Positions 10,903 through 20,827 of a DNA stretch of 64,000 bases are shown in pieces. How positions within the stretch are numbered: the first letter of the stretch is position 1; the number at the start of each line of letters is the position of its first letter. Below the pieces are notes generated by a model. That model ran no database searches and was not told the origin of the DNA. It worked only from the letters and a program-made list of their open reading frames with translations. Made by a program: the position numbers and the translations under genes. Origin of the DNA: Candidatus Methanomethylophilaceae archaeon (GTDB lineage Archaea; Thermoplasmatota; Thermoplasmata; Methanomassiliicoccales; Methanomethylophilaceae); contig JBMNHS010000001.1 in NCBI GenBank assembly GCA_050950505.1, positions 736,001-800,000 of the forward strand. Direction: 5' to 3'.

Positions 10903-12096
10903 ATGAAAAATTACAACTGTGATATCGTAATAGTCGGCGCGGGTCCCGGCGGCAGCATGGCCGCAAAGTTCTGTGCTCAGGCCGGACTTGACACCATACT
11001 AATTGAAAAGAAAGCCGAAGTGGGATCGCCCTTGAGATGTGCCGAAGGCGTATCCAAGAAATGGCTGTCCGAAGTCGGCATCACCCTGGACAGATCCTGG
11101 GTTTCCGCAGACATGGTAGGGGCGATAATCAAATCCCCCGCAGGCCACGTGTTCAGGATGGACGGCCGTGAATCCGGTGAGGAAATCGGTTATGTTCTCG
11201 AAAGACATCTTTTCGACAAGGCTCTTGCCAGGGATGCCGCCGAAGCCGGTGCCAAAATCATGATGCGCACCGGATGCACCGGAGTCATCCGCGAAAACGG
11301 AAAACTCGTTGGAATCAAAGCCAAGAGCATGGGCGAACCCATTGAAATCCGCGCCAAGTGCGTGGTTGCGGCTGACGGTTACGAGTCCCAGGTCGCCAGA
11401 TGGGCGGGTGTGGACACCGTCGCCAAGATGGGCGACATCAACTCCTGCATACAGTACAGGATGACCAACATCGATGTGGAACAGGAATGGTGCGAATTCC
11501 TTCTTGGAAATGACATCGCCCCCGGCGGATATCTCTGGATTTTCCCCAAAGGCAACCGCTCCGCGAACGTAGGTATCGGTGTCAGAGGAAACCGCTGTGA
11601 CGTTCCCGCCGCCGCCAAGTATTACCTTGACAAATGGATCGACCAGGATGACAGGTTGAACAAGGGACAGATAGTCGAAGTCGCCAGCGGCATGGTTACC
11701 ACCTGCCCCGGATTGGATTCTGCGATTTACGATAATCTTGTTCTTGTAGGAGACGCCGCAAGGATCATCGACCCCATAACCGGCGGAGGAATATGTCATG
11801 CCTGCAGAACCGGAATGTATGCGGGCAAAGTACTTGCGGAATGCAACGAGAAGAACGACTTCTCCAAGGAAGCCCTCAAGCCTTACGAGAGGATGTGGCG
11901 CAACAGGATGGACGACAAACTCGTCCGCAACTGGATGGCCAAGGAGAAGATGAACGCCGTTGACGACGAAACCATGGACGAAATCATTGAGATTCTCAGC
12001 GATTACGAGATCGACCAGCTTGACGTCTTCGGAATTCTCAAGGCAATCAAGGACAAGTTCCCCCATCTCGTCGAAGAGTTCGCCGACTTGATCTGA
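10903..12096 (+). CDS. Digeranylgeranylglycerophospholipid reductase (GGR family)
   Basis: GAGPGG FAD motif, RCAEG, PGGYLWIFP and GDAA..IDPITGGGI. Confidence 0.9.
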   Translation: MKNYNCDIVIVGAGPGGSMAAKFCAQAGLDTILIEKKAEVGSPLRCAEGVSKKWLSEVGITLDRSWVSADMVGAIIKSPAGHVFRMDGRESGEEIGYVLERHLFDKALARDAAEAGAKIMMRTGCTGVIRENGKLVGIKAKSMGEPIEIRAKCVVAADGYESQVARWAGVDTVAKMGDINSCIQYRMTNIDVEQEWCEFLLGNDIAPGGYLWIFPKGNRSANVGIGVRGNRCDVPAAAKYYLDKWIDQDDRLNKGQIVEVASGMVTTCPGLDSAIYDNLVLVGDAARIIDPITGGGICHACRTGMYAGKVLAECNEKNDFSKEALKPYERMWRNRMDDKLVRNWMAKEKMNAVDDETMDEIIEILSDYEIDQLDVFGILKAIKDKFPHLVEEFADLI

Positions 12097-12104
12097 AATC
12101 ATTT

Positions 12105-12129
12105 ACCGGCCTCACGGCCGGTCAAAAAA
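12105..12129. terminator. Hairpin between convergent GGR and mvk
   Basis: ACCGGCC-TCAC-GGCCGGT followed by A and T tracts. Confidence 0.6.
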
Positions 12130-12135
12130 CATTTT

Positions 12136-13068
12136 TTATTCTTCTAATTTTACCCCGGGAACTCCGGTGTTGACCGTTATGGGACGGCCGCCGTGCAAAA
12201 GAATGGATCTGCTTACCTTTTCCGGTTCGTCGGTCAAAGCGATCATACTGCCGCCTCCCCCCGCCCCCGTGAGTTTGGCGCCGTAGGAATATTCATTGGC
12301 GGCGTCGACGAGACGGTTCAGCTCAGGACAGGAAACTCCCAGTATGGACAGGAGTTTGTGATTTTCGGTCATGAGTTCCCCGAGTTCCGTTTTGTTGCCG
12401 GTGTTCAGAGCACCGATGCCTTCCAAAGTGACGGTACCGATTTCATCCACGATATCTTTGGCGAATCGGTTTCGGTCCCGGTATCTTCTGACCTTTTCAA
12501 CCAAAGGTCCGGTCAGAGCCCTTTTGCCGGTATATCCGATCACAAAAGTCATTTCCGGCGCATGGATGTCGCATACGTCCCATTTCTGACCTCTGTTCTC
12601 CACCGTCCACAACAGTTCATCCGCATCGGGAAGGTTCAGGCCTATGCCGCCTCCGTGGACCGAAACCGAAACATCCATCGGACTGCCGATGCCCTGGGCG
12701 TAATACTCCGCGGCGTAAGCTTCTCTCATGATTTCTTCCGAATCCAGGGATTTCCCCAACATGTGTCTGACGGCACAGGACAGGGAAGCGCACAGTGCGG
12801 CGGAAGATCCCAATCCCGCCCCGGAAGGCAGATTGCTTTCCGAGGACAGGTTTATGGCATCGATTCCGTGAATATCCAGTATGTGCTTCACGTGAGGATG
12901 TTTGTCGATATCGTCTTCTTCTCCGTTGACGATAAAAACGTCGCTTTCACTCACATTGCACCGGAAACGTCTGTCGATTGCCAAGGCAACGGCGGGTTTG
13001 CCGAAAACTACGGCGTGCTCCCCCAGTACAACAAATTTTCCCGGAGCCGATGCTGAGACCGTTTTCAT
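12136..13068 (-). CDS. mvk: Mevalonate kinase
   Basis: APGK..LGEHAVV, PSGAGLGSSAA and KLTGAGGGG GHMP motifs. Confidence 0.95.
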   Translation of the reverse strand: MKTVSASAPGKFVVLGEHAVVFGKPAVALAIDRRFRCNVSESDVFIVNGEEDDIDKHPHVKHILDIHGIDAINLSSESNLPSGAGLGSSAALCASLSCAVRHMLGKSLDSEEIMREAYAAEYYAQGIGSPMDVSVSVHGGGIGLNLPDADELLWTVENRGQKWDVCDIHAPEMTFVIGYTGKRALTGPLVEKVRRYRDRNRFAKDIVDEIGTVTLEGIGALNTGNKTELGELMTENHKLLSILGVSCPELNRLVDAANEYSYGAKLTGAGGGGSMIALTDEPEKVSRSILLHGGRPITVNTGVPGVKLEE

Positions 13069-13580
13069 TCAAGCAGCCCGTATTTCTTCATGCTTTCGGC
13101 AATGGCATCGTTGGGATTCCTTTTGTTGAGAAGAGGCTGGGGTATCGACCACCATTCTTCTTCGAAGGCTTCCAGAGCCAGTTCGTACTGTTCGTTGTTT
13201 TCAAACTTCTTGGGGTCAACGGACAGTATGGCCTTTCTCTGTTCTTTGAAAAGATCCACGCCGTATTTCTGATTGGTCAGTGCGACGCCCAGATAACTGT
13301 CCAAGGCGTAAGTCATCTCCTCCGCAATCTCGTTGGGAGAACATTCCATTATGATGTCGAGAACGGAGTTGATTGCCATTTTGAATATGAATCTCATCCT
13401 CCCTTCTTCGGGGATGTTTTCATTTTTCACGACGTTTTCCATTTCTTCGAAAATCAAATCGCTCAAAGCCGATACTCTTCGCGGATTTTTTCCGAACAGT
13501 TGCTTGAACAGTCTTTCTTCTTCGGAAAGTTCCTCATCGTCACCGAACAATGAGGCATTCGGATCGTAATCGTTTTTCAT
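13065..13580 (-). CDS. Hypothetical acidic protein
   Basis: 171-aa ORF with ATGA overlaps to both neighbours. Confidence 0.8.
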   Translation of the reverse strand: MKNDYDPNASLFGDDEELSEEERLFKQLFGKNPRRVSALSDLIFEEMENVVKNENIPEEGRMRFIFKMAINSVLDIIMECSPNEIAEEMTYALDSYLGVALTNQKYGVDLFKEQRKAILSVDPKKFENNEQYELALEAFEEEWWSIPQPLLNKRNPNDAIAESMKKYGLLE

Positions 13581-14704
13581 TTTCTCAGCTCCTTAACGGT
13601 ACGTTCGAGTATATCCATTCCCGCCGATATCTTCTTCTCGTCGGCGGCATATGAAAATCTGAGGTGACCCTCCCCGAATTCACCGAAAGCGGATCCCGGG
13701 GTGCATATCAACCCGTTCCGGGCCAAAGTATTGGCCAACTCCTGTGACGGAAGGTCCATGTCGAAAGACGGGAATGCGTAGAATGCTCCGCGGGGGGGAA
13801 TAAGGCTCATCCCGTCTATTTCGTTGATTCTTGAGGAAATCAGGTCTCTCCGTCCCTTGAACACTTTGCGTGCGTTTTCCAGATAAGGTTCTATTCCGGG
13901 AAGTGCCGCCAACACTCCGTACTGGGAAGGCATTGCGGGACTGGCACAGACGTGATATTGCATTTTTATCAGGTCTTCCATGTTTTCTTCGCCGGCGCAT
14001 ATGAACCCCAGTCTCCATCCCGTGACGGCCATCATTTTTGAAAACCCGTTGACGACGAAGGCACGGTCCAATCTGTTCATGAACGAATGGTGAACCCCTT
14101 CGTAAACGAAAGGGTCGTAGACTTCATCGGACAGTATATACAGATCCCGGTCGTCCGCCAGATCGATCAGGGCTTTGTAGGATTCTTCGGACAGCACGCC
14201 TCCCGTGGGATTGGAGGGGTTGTTCACAACGATCATACGGGTGTCCTTGGTGATTTTTCCGGCAATATCGTCAATATCCGGTTGAAAATCCCCCTCCGTC
14301 AATCTGTATTCGGTATAGTTTGCCCCTGCCAGTTTTGAATGGGGTCCGTAAATGACGAACCCCGGGCCGGGAACCAACACGTTATCCCCCGGATTCAGAT
14401 AAGACATCATAATCTCCAGAAGGGCGGTGGAACCGCTGGGAGTGATCATTATGTTGTTGCCGGTCATTTTTCCGTATTTGCCGTAACGTTCGGCAACGGC
14501 GTTCCTGAGTTCCGGGATTCCTGCCGTGGGGCCGTATTTGTTGAGTCCTTCGGAGGCGGCTCTGTTCATACCCTCTATCGCCGCGGCGGGAGGGCTCAAA
14601 TCAGGCTCGCCCAAACCCAGGTTAATTGAATCCGGACCGGCCAAATCAAACATCTTCCTGATACCCGACATGGGTATGGAAGACAATCTGTCAGACACTT
14701 TCAT
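13577..14704 (-). CDS. PLP-dependent class I/II aminotransferase
   Basis: NLGLGEPD, NNPSNPTG, SDEVY and FSK...TGWRLG. Confidence 0.93.
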   Translation of the reverse strand: MKVSDRLSSIPMSGIRKMFDLAGPDSINLGLGEPDLSPPAAAIEGMNRAASEGLNKYGPTAGIPELRNAVAERYGKYGKMTGNNIMITPSGSTALLEIMMSYLNPGDNVLVPGPGFVIYGPHSKLAGANYTEYRLTEGDFQPDIDDIAGKITKDTRMIVVNNPSNPTGGVLSEESYKALIDLADDRDLYILSDEVYDPFVYEGVHHSFMNRLDRAFVVNGFSKMMAVTGWRLGFICAGEENMEDLIKMQYHVCASPAMPSQYGVLAALPGIEPYLENARKVFKGRRDLISSRINEIDGMSLIPPRGAFYAFPSFDMDLPSQELANTLARNGLICTPGSAFGEFGEGHLRFSYAADEKKISAGMDILERTVKELRK

Positions 14705-14783
14705 GAGCTGTAATCGTGGGTTAAGTCTATATTATTTTAGTTGTCGGTATCTGTTTATATCCAAAATTCCATCTGGACGGCCG

Positions 14784-14990
14784 ATGAGGGATGATAAAAC
14801 GGTTCTGTGGGCGTTGGTAAACATCGCAGGTCTCGCAATCACGATAATCGGGATGTTCGGCGTTGTGGAATTATTGGATTTCGGGTATGCCATTTATGTT
14901 TTTGTCGCAGGCACCGTCGTAACCCTCGCATCGATGTCGGTCATCCTGAGGAGTGCTTACCGAACAGACGGAAACGGAGGCGGAAGATGA
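14784..14990 (+). CDS. Small two-TM membrane protein
   Basis: ATG at 14784, 68 aa with two hydrophobic helices; its stop overlaps the next ATG. Confidence 0.65.
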   Translation: MRDDKTVLWALVNIAGLAITIIGMFGVVELLDFGYAIYVFVAGTVVTLASMSVILRSAYRTDGNGGGR

Positions 14991-16132
14991 AGAAAAATCT
15001 CAATTCCGAAATGCTTTATTTCATGTTCGAATCAGCGAATATGCACAGATGGAACGATCACCTGAGACCGTTGAATCTTACCGAACAGGACAAACAGGCC
15101 CACAAAGCCGCCGTCATATGGGTTCTGGGAAAATATGATGAAGACGACGGGAACGAAATCGATTGGAAAACCATGATCGAACATTCGGTTTTCGAATTCA
15201 TCAGCAGGATGGTGCTGACGGACCTGAAGCCCCAGCTGTATCACCAGATAATGTCAGATAATTCCGAACAGGCAAACAAGTACGTATTCAACGAATTCAA
15301 ACGCAGAGTCCCCAACATGAATCCGGAGTTCTGCGATCGTCTTAAGGCATACCTGCAGTCCGGGGAGGCTTCCCGCGAGGACTGTATCGTCGAAGCCGCC
15401 CATTATCTTGCGACCAAATGGGAATTTGACGTAATTTACAAAACCAACACGGGAATGTTCAACATCGAAGAGACCAAGGACAACATAGACGGTGAGGTAT
15501 CGAAGCACCTCGGTCTGCAGGGTGTCGTGAAAGCACTTACCGATAAAGGCACCAAAAATTTCATAGACAAATTCGGACAGCTGAGGTTCCAGCAAAGATG
15601 GACAAGAACGCCGAGAATACCCCAAACCACGGTGCTCGGACATTCCTTAATGGTTGCCAATGCAATCTTTCTTCACAATCTGGATGTCGGGGCTTCCGAT
15701 GAACAGATTTACAACGACTATTACGCCGCACTTTTCCACGACCTCCCCGAAGTTTTGACCAAAGACGTCATATCCCCGGTAAAAATCAATGTGGAAGGTT
15801 TGGCGGACATGTTGGGGGAAATAGAGAAAAAACTGATGGAGTCCGAAATACTGCCGTTGCTTCCCGAATCTTGGCGGGATGAAATGGAATTCATGTTCAA
15901 CGATCCCTTCGGCAACGTGGACAATCCGAGATTCGGAAAACGCCGCGGAAGCGCGATAAAGTCCTGTGACTTGCTGTGTGCTTATGTCGAAGCTTATGTT
16001 TCGATATGCTACGGAATATCTCCTCATTCTTTAAAAGAAGGCGCGGAAGACCTCCGGGCGAAACTCAAAGAGACCGGCAGCGACATAAACGCCGCCGAAC
16101 TCATAAAAAGTTTCGAGGAACTGAAGATTTAA
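14987..16132 (+). CDS. Tandem HD-domain phosphohydrolase (YfbR-like)
   Basis: ATG at 14987 after GGAGG. RWND..H in the N-domain; QRW..VLGHS..FHDLPE..D in the C-domain. Confidence 0.8.
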   Translation: MKKNLNSEMLYFMFESANMHRWNDHLRPLNLTEQDKQAHKAAVIWVLGKYDEDDGNEIDWKTMIEHSVFEFISRMVLTDLKPQLYHQIMSDNSEQANKYVFNEFKRRVPNMNPEFCDRLKAYLQSGEASREDCIVEAAHYLATKWEFDVIYKTNTGMFNIEETKDNIDGEVSKHLGLQGVVKALTDKGTKNFIDKFGQLRFQQRWTRTPRIPQTTVLGHSLMVANAIFLHNLDVGASDEQIYNDYYAALFHDLPEVLTKDVISPVKINVEGLADMLGEIEKKLMESEILPLLPESWRDEMEFMFNDPFGNVDNPRFGKRRGSAIKSCDLLCAYVEAYVSICYGISPHSLKEGAEDLRAKLKETGSDINAAELIKSFEELKI

Positions 16133-17394
16133 CCTATGCGTTCCTGTCCGCCCATGTAAGGCCTGAGCACTTCGGGTATCGTAACGGAACCGTCCTCGTT
16201 CTGGTAATTTTCCAGTATGGCGACCATGGTTCTGGGCAGTGCCAGTCCCGATCCGTTCAGGGTGTGCACGAATTCACTTTTCAGGTGAGGTTCAGGTCTG
16301 TATTTCACCATGGTTCTGCGGGCCTGGAAATCCGTGAAGTTTGAACAGGAAGAAGCTTCCAACCAAGCGTCCTTTGCAGGGGCGTGGAGTTCCAGATCGT
16401 AGCATTTGCTGCAGGAGAAACTCATGTCTCCGGTACACAGCAACAGAACACGGTAAGGCAACCCGAGAGCCTGTATGAGTTCCTCGGCGTCATTCCTGAG
16501 AACTTCCAGCACGTCGTAGGAGGTTTCGGGAAGAACGAATCTCACCATTTCCACTTTGTTGAATTCGTGGACTCTGATGATTCCTTTGGTATCCGCATGT
16601 TTTCCGACTTCCCTTCTGAAAGAAGGGAGGTACGCGGAATAATGTATCGGCAAATCTTCCTTTGCCAATATTTCATCCCTGTGAAGGTTGGTTATGGGAA
16701 CTTCGGCGGTGGGGTTGAGATACAAATCATCCTTTTCGATGAAGTACATGTCTTCTTTGAGATTCGGATACTGGCCGGTTCCCGTGACCGAAGCGGTGTT
16801 GACGACGACGGGAGGGAAGACTTCGGTGTATCCCTGTCTGTTATGAACGTCAAGGAAGAAGTTGATCAAAGCCCTTTCCAATCTGGCACCGTCCCCTTTG
16901 AGACAATAGAATCCGCTTCCGGCGACTTTGGCGCCTCTTTCGAAATCAAGTATATCCAAATTCTCACCGATTTCCCAGTGTTCTTTGGGGGTGAAATCAA
17001 ACGTTCTTTTTTCTCCCCATTCGTAAACCACCGCATTTTCGGTGGAATCCTTTCCGATGGGAACGCTCCCGTGAGGGATGTTGGGTATGTTCAGAACACA
17101 GTCTTCGCGGATAATTTCCAACTCGGCCATTCTGGCGTCGTTGTTCTTTATGCGGTCCGCCGTTTCTTTCATTTCAACGATTGCCGCGTCTTTGCCGGCG
17201 CCTTTTGGCATTTTCGCTATTTCAGCGGAAACTCTGTTACGGACCTTTCTGAGTTCGTTGTTTTCGCCGGTGAGATTTCTCCATTCCGTGTCGGCCTCGA
17301 GGAAACGGTCCAGAATTTCCGGATCAACGTTCCTGTTGACCAACATGGTCCTTATCATTTCGGGTTCGGATCTGATTATGTTGACATCCAACAT
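16129..17394 (-). CDS. serS: Serine--tRNA ligase (canonical type)
   Basis: MLD start, coiled-coil arm, PTAEVP, FRRE, RVHEFNKVE and HTLNGSGLA. Confidence 0.97.
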   Translation of the reverse strand: MLDVNIIRSEPEMIRTMLVNRNVDPEILDRFLEADTEWRNLTGENNELRKVRNRVSAEIAKMPKGAGKDAAIVEMKETADRIKNNDARMAELEIIREDCVLNIPNIPHGSVPIGKDSTENAVVYEWGEKRTFDFTPKEHWEIGENLDILDFERGAKVAGSGFYCLKGDGARLERALINFFLDVHNRQGYTEVFPPVVVNTASVTGTGQYPNLKEDMYFIEKDDLYLNPTAEVPITNLHRDEILAKEDLPIHYSAYLPSFRREVGKHADTKGIIRVHEFNKVEMVRFVLPETSYDVLEVLRNDAEELIQALGLPYRVLLLCTGDMSFSCSKCYDLELHAPAKDAWLEASSCSNFTDFQARRTMVKYRPEPHLKSEFVHTLNGSGLALPRTMVAILENYQNEDGSVTIPEVLRPYMGGQERIG

Positions 17395-17403
17395 TCTATC
17401 GCC

Positions 17404-17697
17404 TCAGAACTTTTTCTGGCAAAGAGAAGTCCAGGTTCTGTTGTCGGTCAATACCACGACGTTGCCCCGTACGTCCACGACGACGGAATCCGTGGATTCG
17501 GCTATCTCGTCAGCCACATCCGAGGTTATTCTTTCCGCATTGGGCAGGACACGGATCTTCAGCAATCTGTTCTTCTTCAACTGGTTGGTCACTTCGTTCA
17601 ACAGACCTTCGTCAATGCCGTCCTTGCCCACGTGCACCGTGGGGGATAGGTCATTGGCGCGTCTCATGAGCTCCTTTTTGGCGTGTTTCTCGGTCAT
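17404..17697 (-). CDS. YhbY/CRM RNA-binding protein
   Basis: L.PTVHVGKDG..LLKIRVL..VRG. Confidence 0.9.
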   Translation of the reverse strand: MTEKHAKKELMRRANDLSPTVHVGKDGIDEGLLNEVTNQLKKNRLLKIRVLPNAERITSDVADEIAESTDSVVVDVRGNVVVLTDNRTWTSLCQKKF

Positions 17698-18013
17698 GTT
17701 TTTGTTCCTTGATATATGGCTGACGCCTTACGACGCCGCATTCGGCACAGGTCATGCTGACTTTGCCGTTATTCAGTCTGACGGTGCAGTTGACGCCCGG
17801 TACCAGAGGGACCAGGCATCGGTCGCAGTACACATACGTCCCCGGTATCCCCGTACGGGTTTTCATACCTATCTTTCGGGCCAAATCCACATAGCGTCTG
17901 GCTCTGTCGGGTTTACCCTCTTTGACGGCATCGACGGCCATGGAGGTCAGCTTTGTTATGCGCTGAGTTCCGATGTCCGCTGCCTGTCTGGAAGATATGC
18001 GTCTCCTGGACAT
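17651..18013 (-). CDS. rnp4: RNase P protein component 4 (Rpp21)
   Basis: RARRYV.LARKI and a CxxC...CxxC zinc ribbon. Confidence 0.9.
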   Translation of the reverse strand: MSRRRISSRQAADIGTQRITKLTSMAVDAVKEGKPDRARRYVDLARKIGMKTRTGIPGTYVYCDRCLVPLVPGVNCTVRLNNGKVSMTCAECGVVRRQPYIKEQKHDRETRQKGAHETRQ

Positions 18014-18059
18014 TGGTTCATCACATTAAGAGGATGATATAAACATTGGTATCCGGACC

Positions 18060-19064
18060 TCAGAACGGAACCATGGACAGAAGATATTCTTTCAGTTCCG
18101 TCTCTTCTTCGCTGAGTTCTTCCTTTTCTCCTTCGACATAAGTCTCCCAGAGGAAAACGAAATATTCGTGGAAATCGGAAACCGTCTTGTTCCATTCGCT
18201 TCCCGAGGACGATATTCCCAAAAATTCGTTGTTCAGGGTCCATTTGCCGGAAGTTCTGTCAAATGTGATTTCGGCAGTCAGAGGATTCAGCAAAACAATG
18301 TCTCTTTCAGGCGTAATCATCCTGTTGAAAACAATACCGGGAAATTCCTCTCCCCCGCAAAGGTTCCTGACCTCCGCGATATCCCCCTCGTCATTCATGA
18401 CGGCCAATCCGGAAATCAGACAGGAGTTCTTCCCCGAGAGATTTTCCGCATTCTTTCTGTCGAATTCCTTCCACAGGGTTATATCGTAAGTTTTCGCGCC
18501 GGTGTTCAGTTTGTAACCTTTCCGTCCTTTGCCGTCGGCGCTTTTATCGATTACCCCCGCCAAAGCGCAGGTGAACTTTTTCACGTCGGCTTCGGAGCTC
18601 TTTCTGAATCTCTCCGCATCGGCGTTTAGGAAATCTTTGAGGTTCTTTCCCCTGCCGTAGCTGAACCTGTCACCGTCCAGTTCGTCACACAGAGCCATGA
18701 GTTCTTTTGCAATCGCCACTCTGTAACGGGGGTCGGTGTACGTGCTTGAGAGCCAGTTGTCCACCATTCCCGTACCTGCAATGTCGAGGGTGTTTTCCAG
18801 CCAAACGAGAGCGGTTTCGAGAACGGTATCCCGGTTCTCTCTTTCTTTCGGTTCGGAACTCAGACAGAATTTGGATCTGAAGGCATCGGGTGAAGATCCC
18901 TGGAAGCCCATTTCGGCGGTTACGATGTACATGCCGACATGTTCCAGCAGATTTTGGACGTGTTCCATTATCTTTTCTTTTTTGATTTCGGAAAGTTCTC
19001 TCCCGTTGACGGGGACAACGTTGAATTTCAGAGTATCCATGAACGGAGACGGATTGACCTTCAT
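18060..19064 (-). CDS. Hypothetical protein, possibly with a HicB-like C-terminal domain
   Basis: Long ORF with uncertain start; C-terminus NEFLGISSSGSEWNKTVSDFHEYFVFLWETY. Confidence 0.6.
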   Translation of the reverse strand: MKVNPSPFMDTLKFNVVPVNGRELSEIKKEKIMEHVQNLLEHVGMYIVTAEMGFQGSSPDAFRSKFCLSSEPKERENRDTVLETALVWLENTLDIAGTGMVDNWLSSTYTDPRYRVAIAKELMALCDELDGDRFSYGRGKNLKDFLNADAERFRKSSEADVKKFTCALAGVIDKSADGKGRKGYKLNTGAKTYDITLWKEFDRKNAENLSGKNSCLISGLAVMNDEGDIAEVRNLCGGEEFPGIVFNRMITPERDIVLLNPLTAEITFDRTSGKWTLNNEFLGISSSGSEWNKTVSDFHEYFVFLWETYVEGEKEELSEEETELKEYLLSMVPF

Positions 19065-19271
19065 ATTTTTAACATGATTCCCGGCAACCCTCGAAAAAAT
19101 CGGAAAAATCATGAAAAACATACCGTCGGGAGCGGTAAATTATATAGCAGACCCCTACTTCATGATTATCGGTGGACACACCGTCCGGACGGTTTCCCTA
19201 TTATATCAAGGGACAGCTCTTAAATATAAAATCAGGAATGTGTGCCCGTTACAATTCATCAGGTGTTGCAG

Positions 19272-19787
19272 ATGGCAAGAAAACCCGCATCAATGTACAG
19301 AGAAGTTAAAGGTCAGGCGAACACACGCCGCGAATACGTCGGGGGAGTACCCTACAGCAGACTCGTTCAGTTCGAAATGGGCGACCGCAGGGGAGAATTC
19401 CCCATCAAACTGTCCCTCAGAGTGACGAACAGAGTCCAGATCAGGCACACAGCTTTGGAAGCCGGCCGTATCGCAGCCAACAGAGTTCTCAGCAGAGCGG
19501 GACCCACATCTTACCACCTTACCGTGAGGGCATACCCTCACATTGTTCTCAGAGAGAACAAATTGGCAACCGGTGCGGGTGCCGACCGTGTTTCCAGCGG
19601 AATGCGCAACTCCTTCGGTAAAAACGTCGGAGTCGCCGCGAGGTTGAAACACAACCAGGCCGTATACACCGTACGCTGCAATCCCTCCGTCTTCAAAGCG
19701 GCAAAGGATGCACTCTGGAGAGCATCCATGAAACTGCCCTCCCCGTGCTACATTGACGTGGAAGAAGGCATGGAATTCGCCAAGTGA
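19272..19787 (+). CDS. rpl10e: 50S ribosomal protein uL16 (L10e)
   Basis: MARKPASMYR, QIRHTALEA and LRENK.ATGAGADR; AGGTG RBS upstream. Confidence 0.96.
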   Translation: MARKPASMYREVKGQANTRREYVGGVPYSRLVQFEMGDRRGEFPIKLSLRVTNRVQIRHTALEAGRIAANRVLSRAGPTSYHLTVRAYPHIVLRENKLATGAGADRVSSGMRNSFGKNVGVAARLKHNQAVYTVRCNPSVFKAAKDALWRASMKLPSPCYIDVEEGMEFAK

Positions 19788-20773
19788 TGTTCGATCTGGA
19801 GTTGGAACGGACCGCCGGTTGGATTTCTTCCAACGGCTATTCCAAAGTCGCCGTTCAACTGCCCGAAGGATTGAAACTCAGGGCGACGGAAATTTCCGAC
19901 GCCCTGAAGGCATCCACCGGTTCCGAAATCATCATTCTCGGCAGACCTTGCTACGGTGCATGCGATTTTTACAAAGATTACAAATCGGTGGCGGACGCCC
20001 TTGTTCATTACGGCCATTCCGCCATGCCGTCTCTCGGGGAAGACCCCGATATTCTTTTCATTGAAGCCAGGGCAAAAGTGTCATTGAATGAATCCTTCGT
20101 TGATTCATTGGACAGACTTCCCGCAAAAGTGGGGATTCTCGCATCGATTCAGTACATCGGACTGATTCCGGAAGCGACACGTCTCATAGAGGCGACCGGA
20201 AGGACGGTTTCTGTGGGGGAGGGAGACAATCGGATAATGTATCCCGGACAGATTCTGGGGTGCGACTGCAGTGCCGCCGAAGCCGTCGCGGATTCCGTGG
20301 ATGCGTTCCTGTTCCTGGGAGAAGGAAACTTTCACCCTTTGGCCACCGCATTCGGCGCGGACCGGGAACTTTTCGTTTACAATCCCGTCATCGGCGAAAT
20401 GAAAAACATCGATGACATCAAAGACAGGATTCTAAGAAAGCGGTTTGCGGCAATCACTTTGGCCTCCGAGGCAGAGAGCTTTACGATAATCCTCTGCAAC
20501 AAAGCGGGTCAGAACAGGTCTTCCGAAGCCGAAAGGATGAAAGATCTTATCCGGAAAGCGGGAAAGAAGGCATACATTCTGATTCTGGACGAAGTGACCC
20601 CCGATTCACTGATTCATTACAGAACGGACGCGTTTGTGAACACCGCCTGCCCCCGCATAGCGATGGACGAATCCGCAAGATTCGGAAAGCCCATGCTGAC
20701 AATACCTGAAACCGAGATAGTTTTCGGCCTCCGGGACTGGTCCGATTATGTGTTTGACGCCATCCGCGAATGA
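19784..20773 (+). CDS. dph2: Diphthamide biosynthesis protein Dph2
   Basis: QLPEGLK, CYGACD, HYGHS, GQILGC and TACPRI. Confidence 0.95.
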   Translation: MMFDLELERTAGWISSNGYSKVAVQLPEGLKLRATEISDALKASTGSEIIILGRPCYGACDFYKDYKSVADALVHYGHSAMPSLGEDPDILFIEARAKVSLNESFVDSLDRLPAKVGILASIQYIGLIPEATRLIEATGRTVSVGEGDNRIMYPGQILGCDCSAAEAVADSVDAFLFLGEGNFHPLATAFGADRELFVYNPVIGEMKNIDDIKDRILRKRFAAITLASEAESFTIILCNKAGQNRSSEAERMKDLIRKAGKKAYILILDEVTPDSLIHYRTDAFVNTACPRIAMDESARFGKPMLTIPETEIVFGLRDWSDYVFDAIRE

Positions 20774-20827
20774 TTGATTTTTCTTGTTTCCCGACTTCTT
20801 AAATAATCCGTCAGGTTATGGAAGGTC

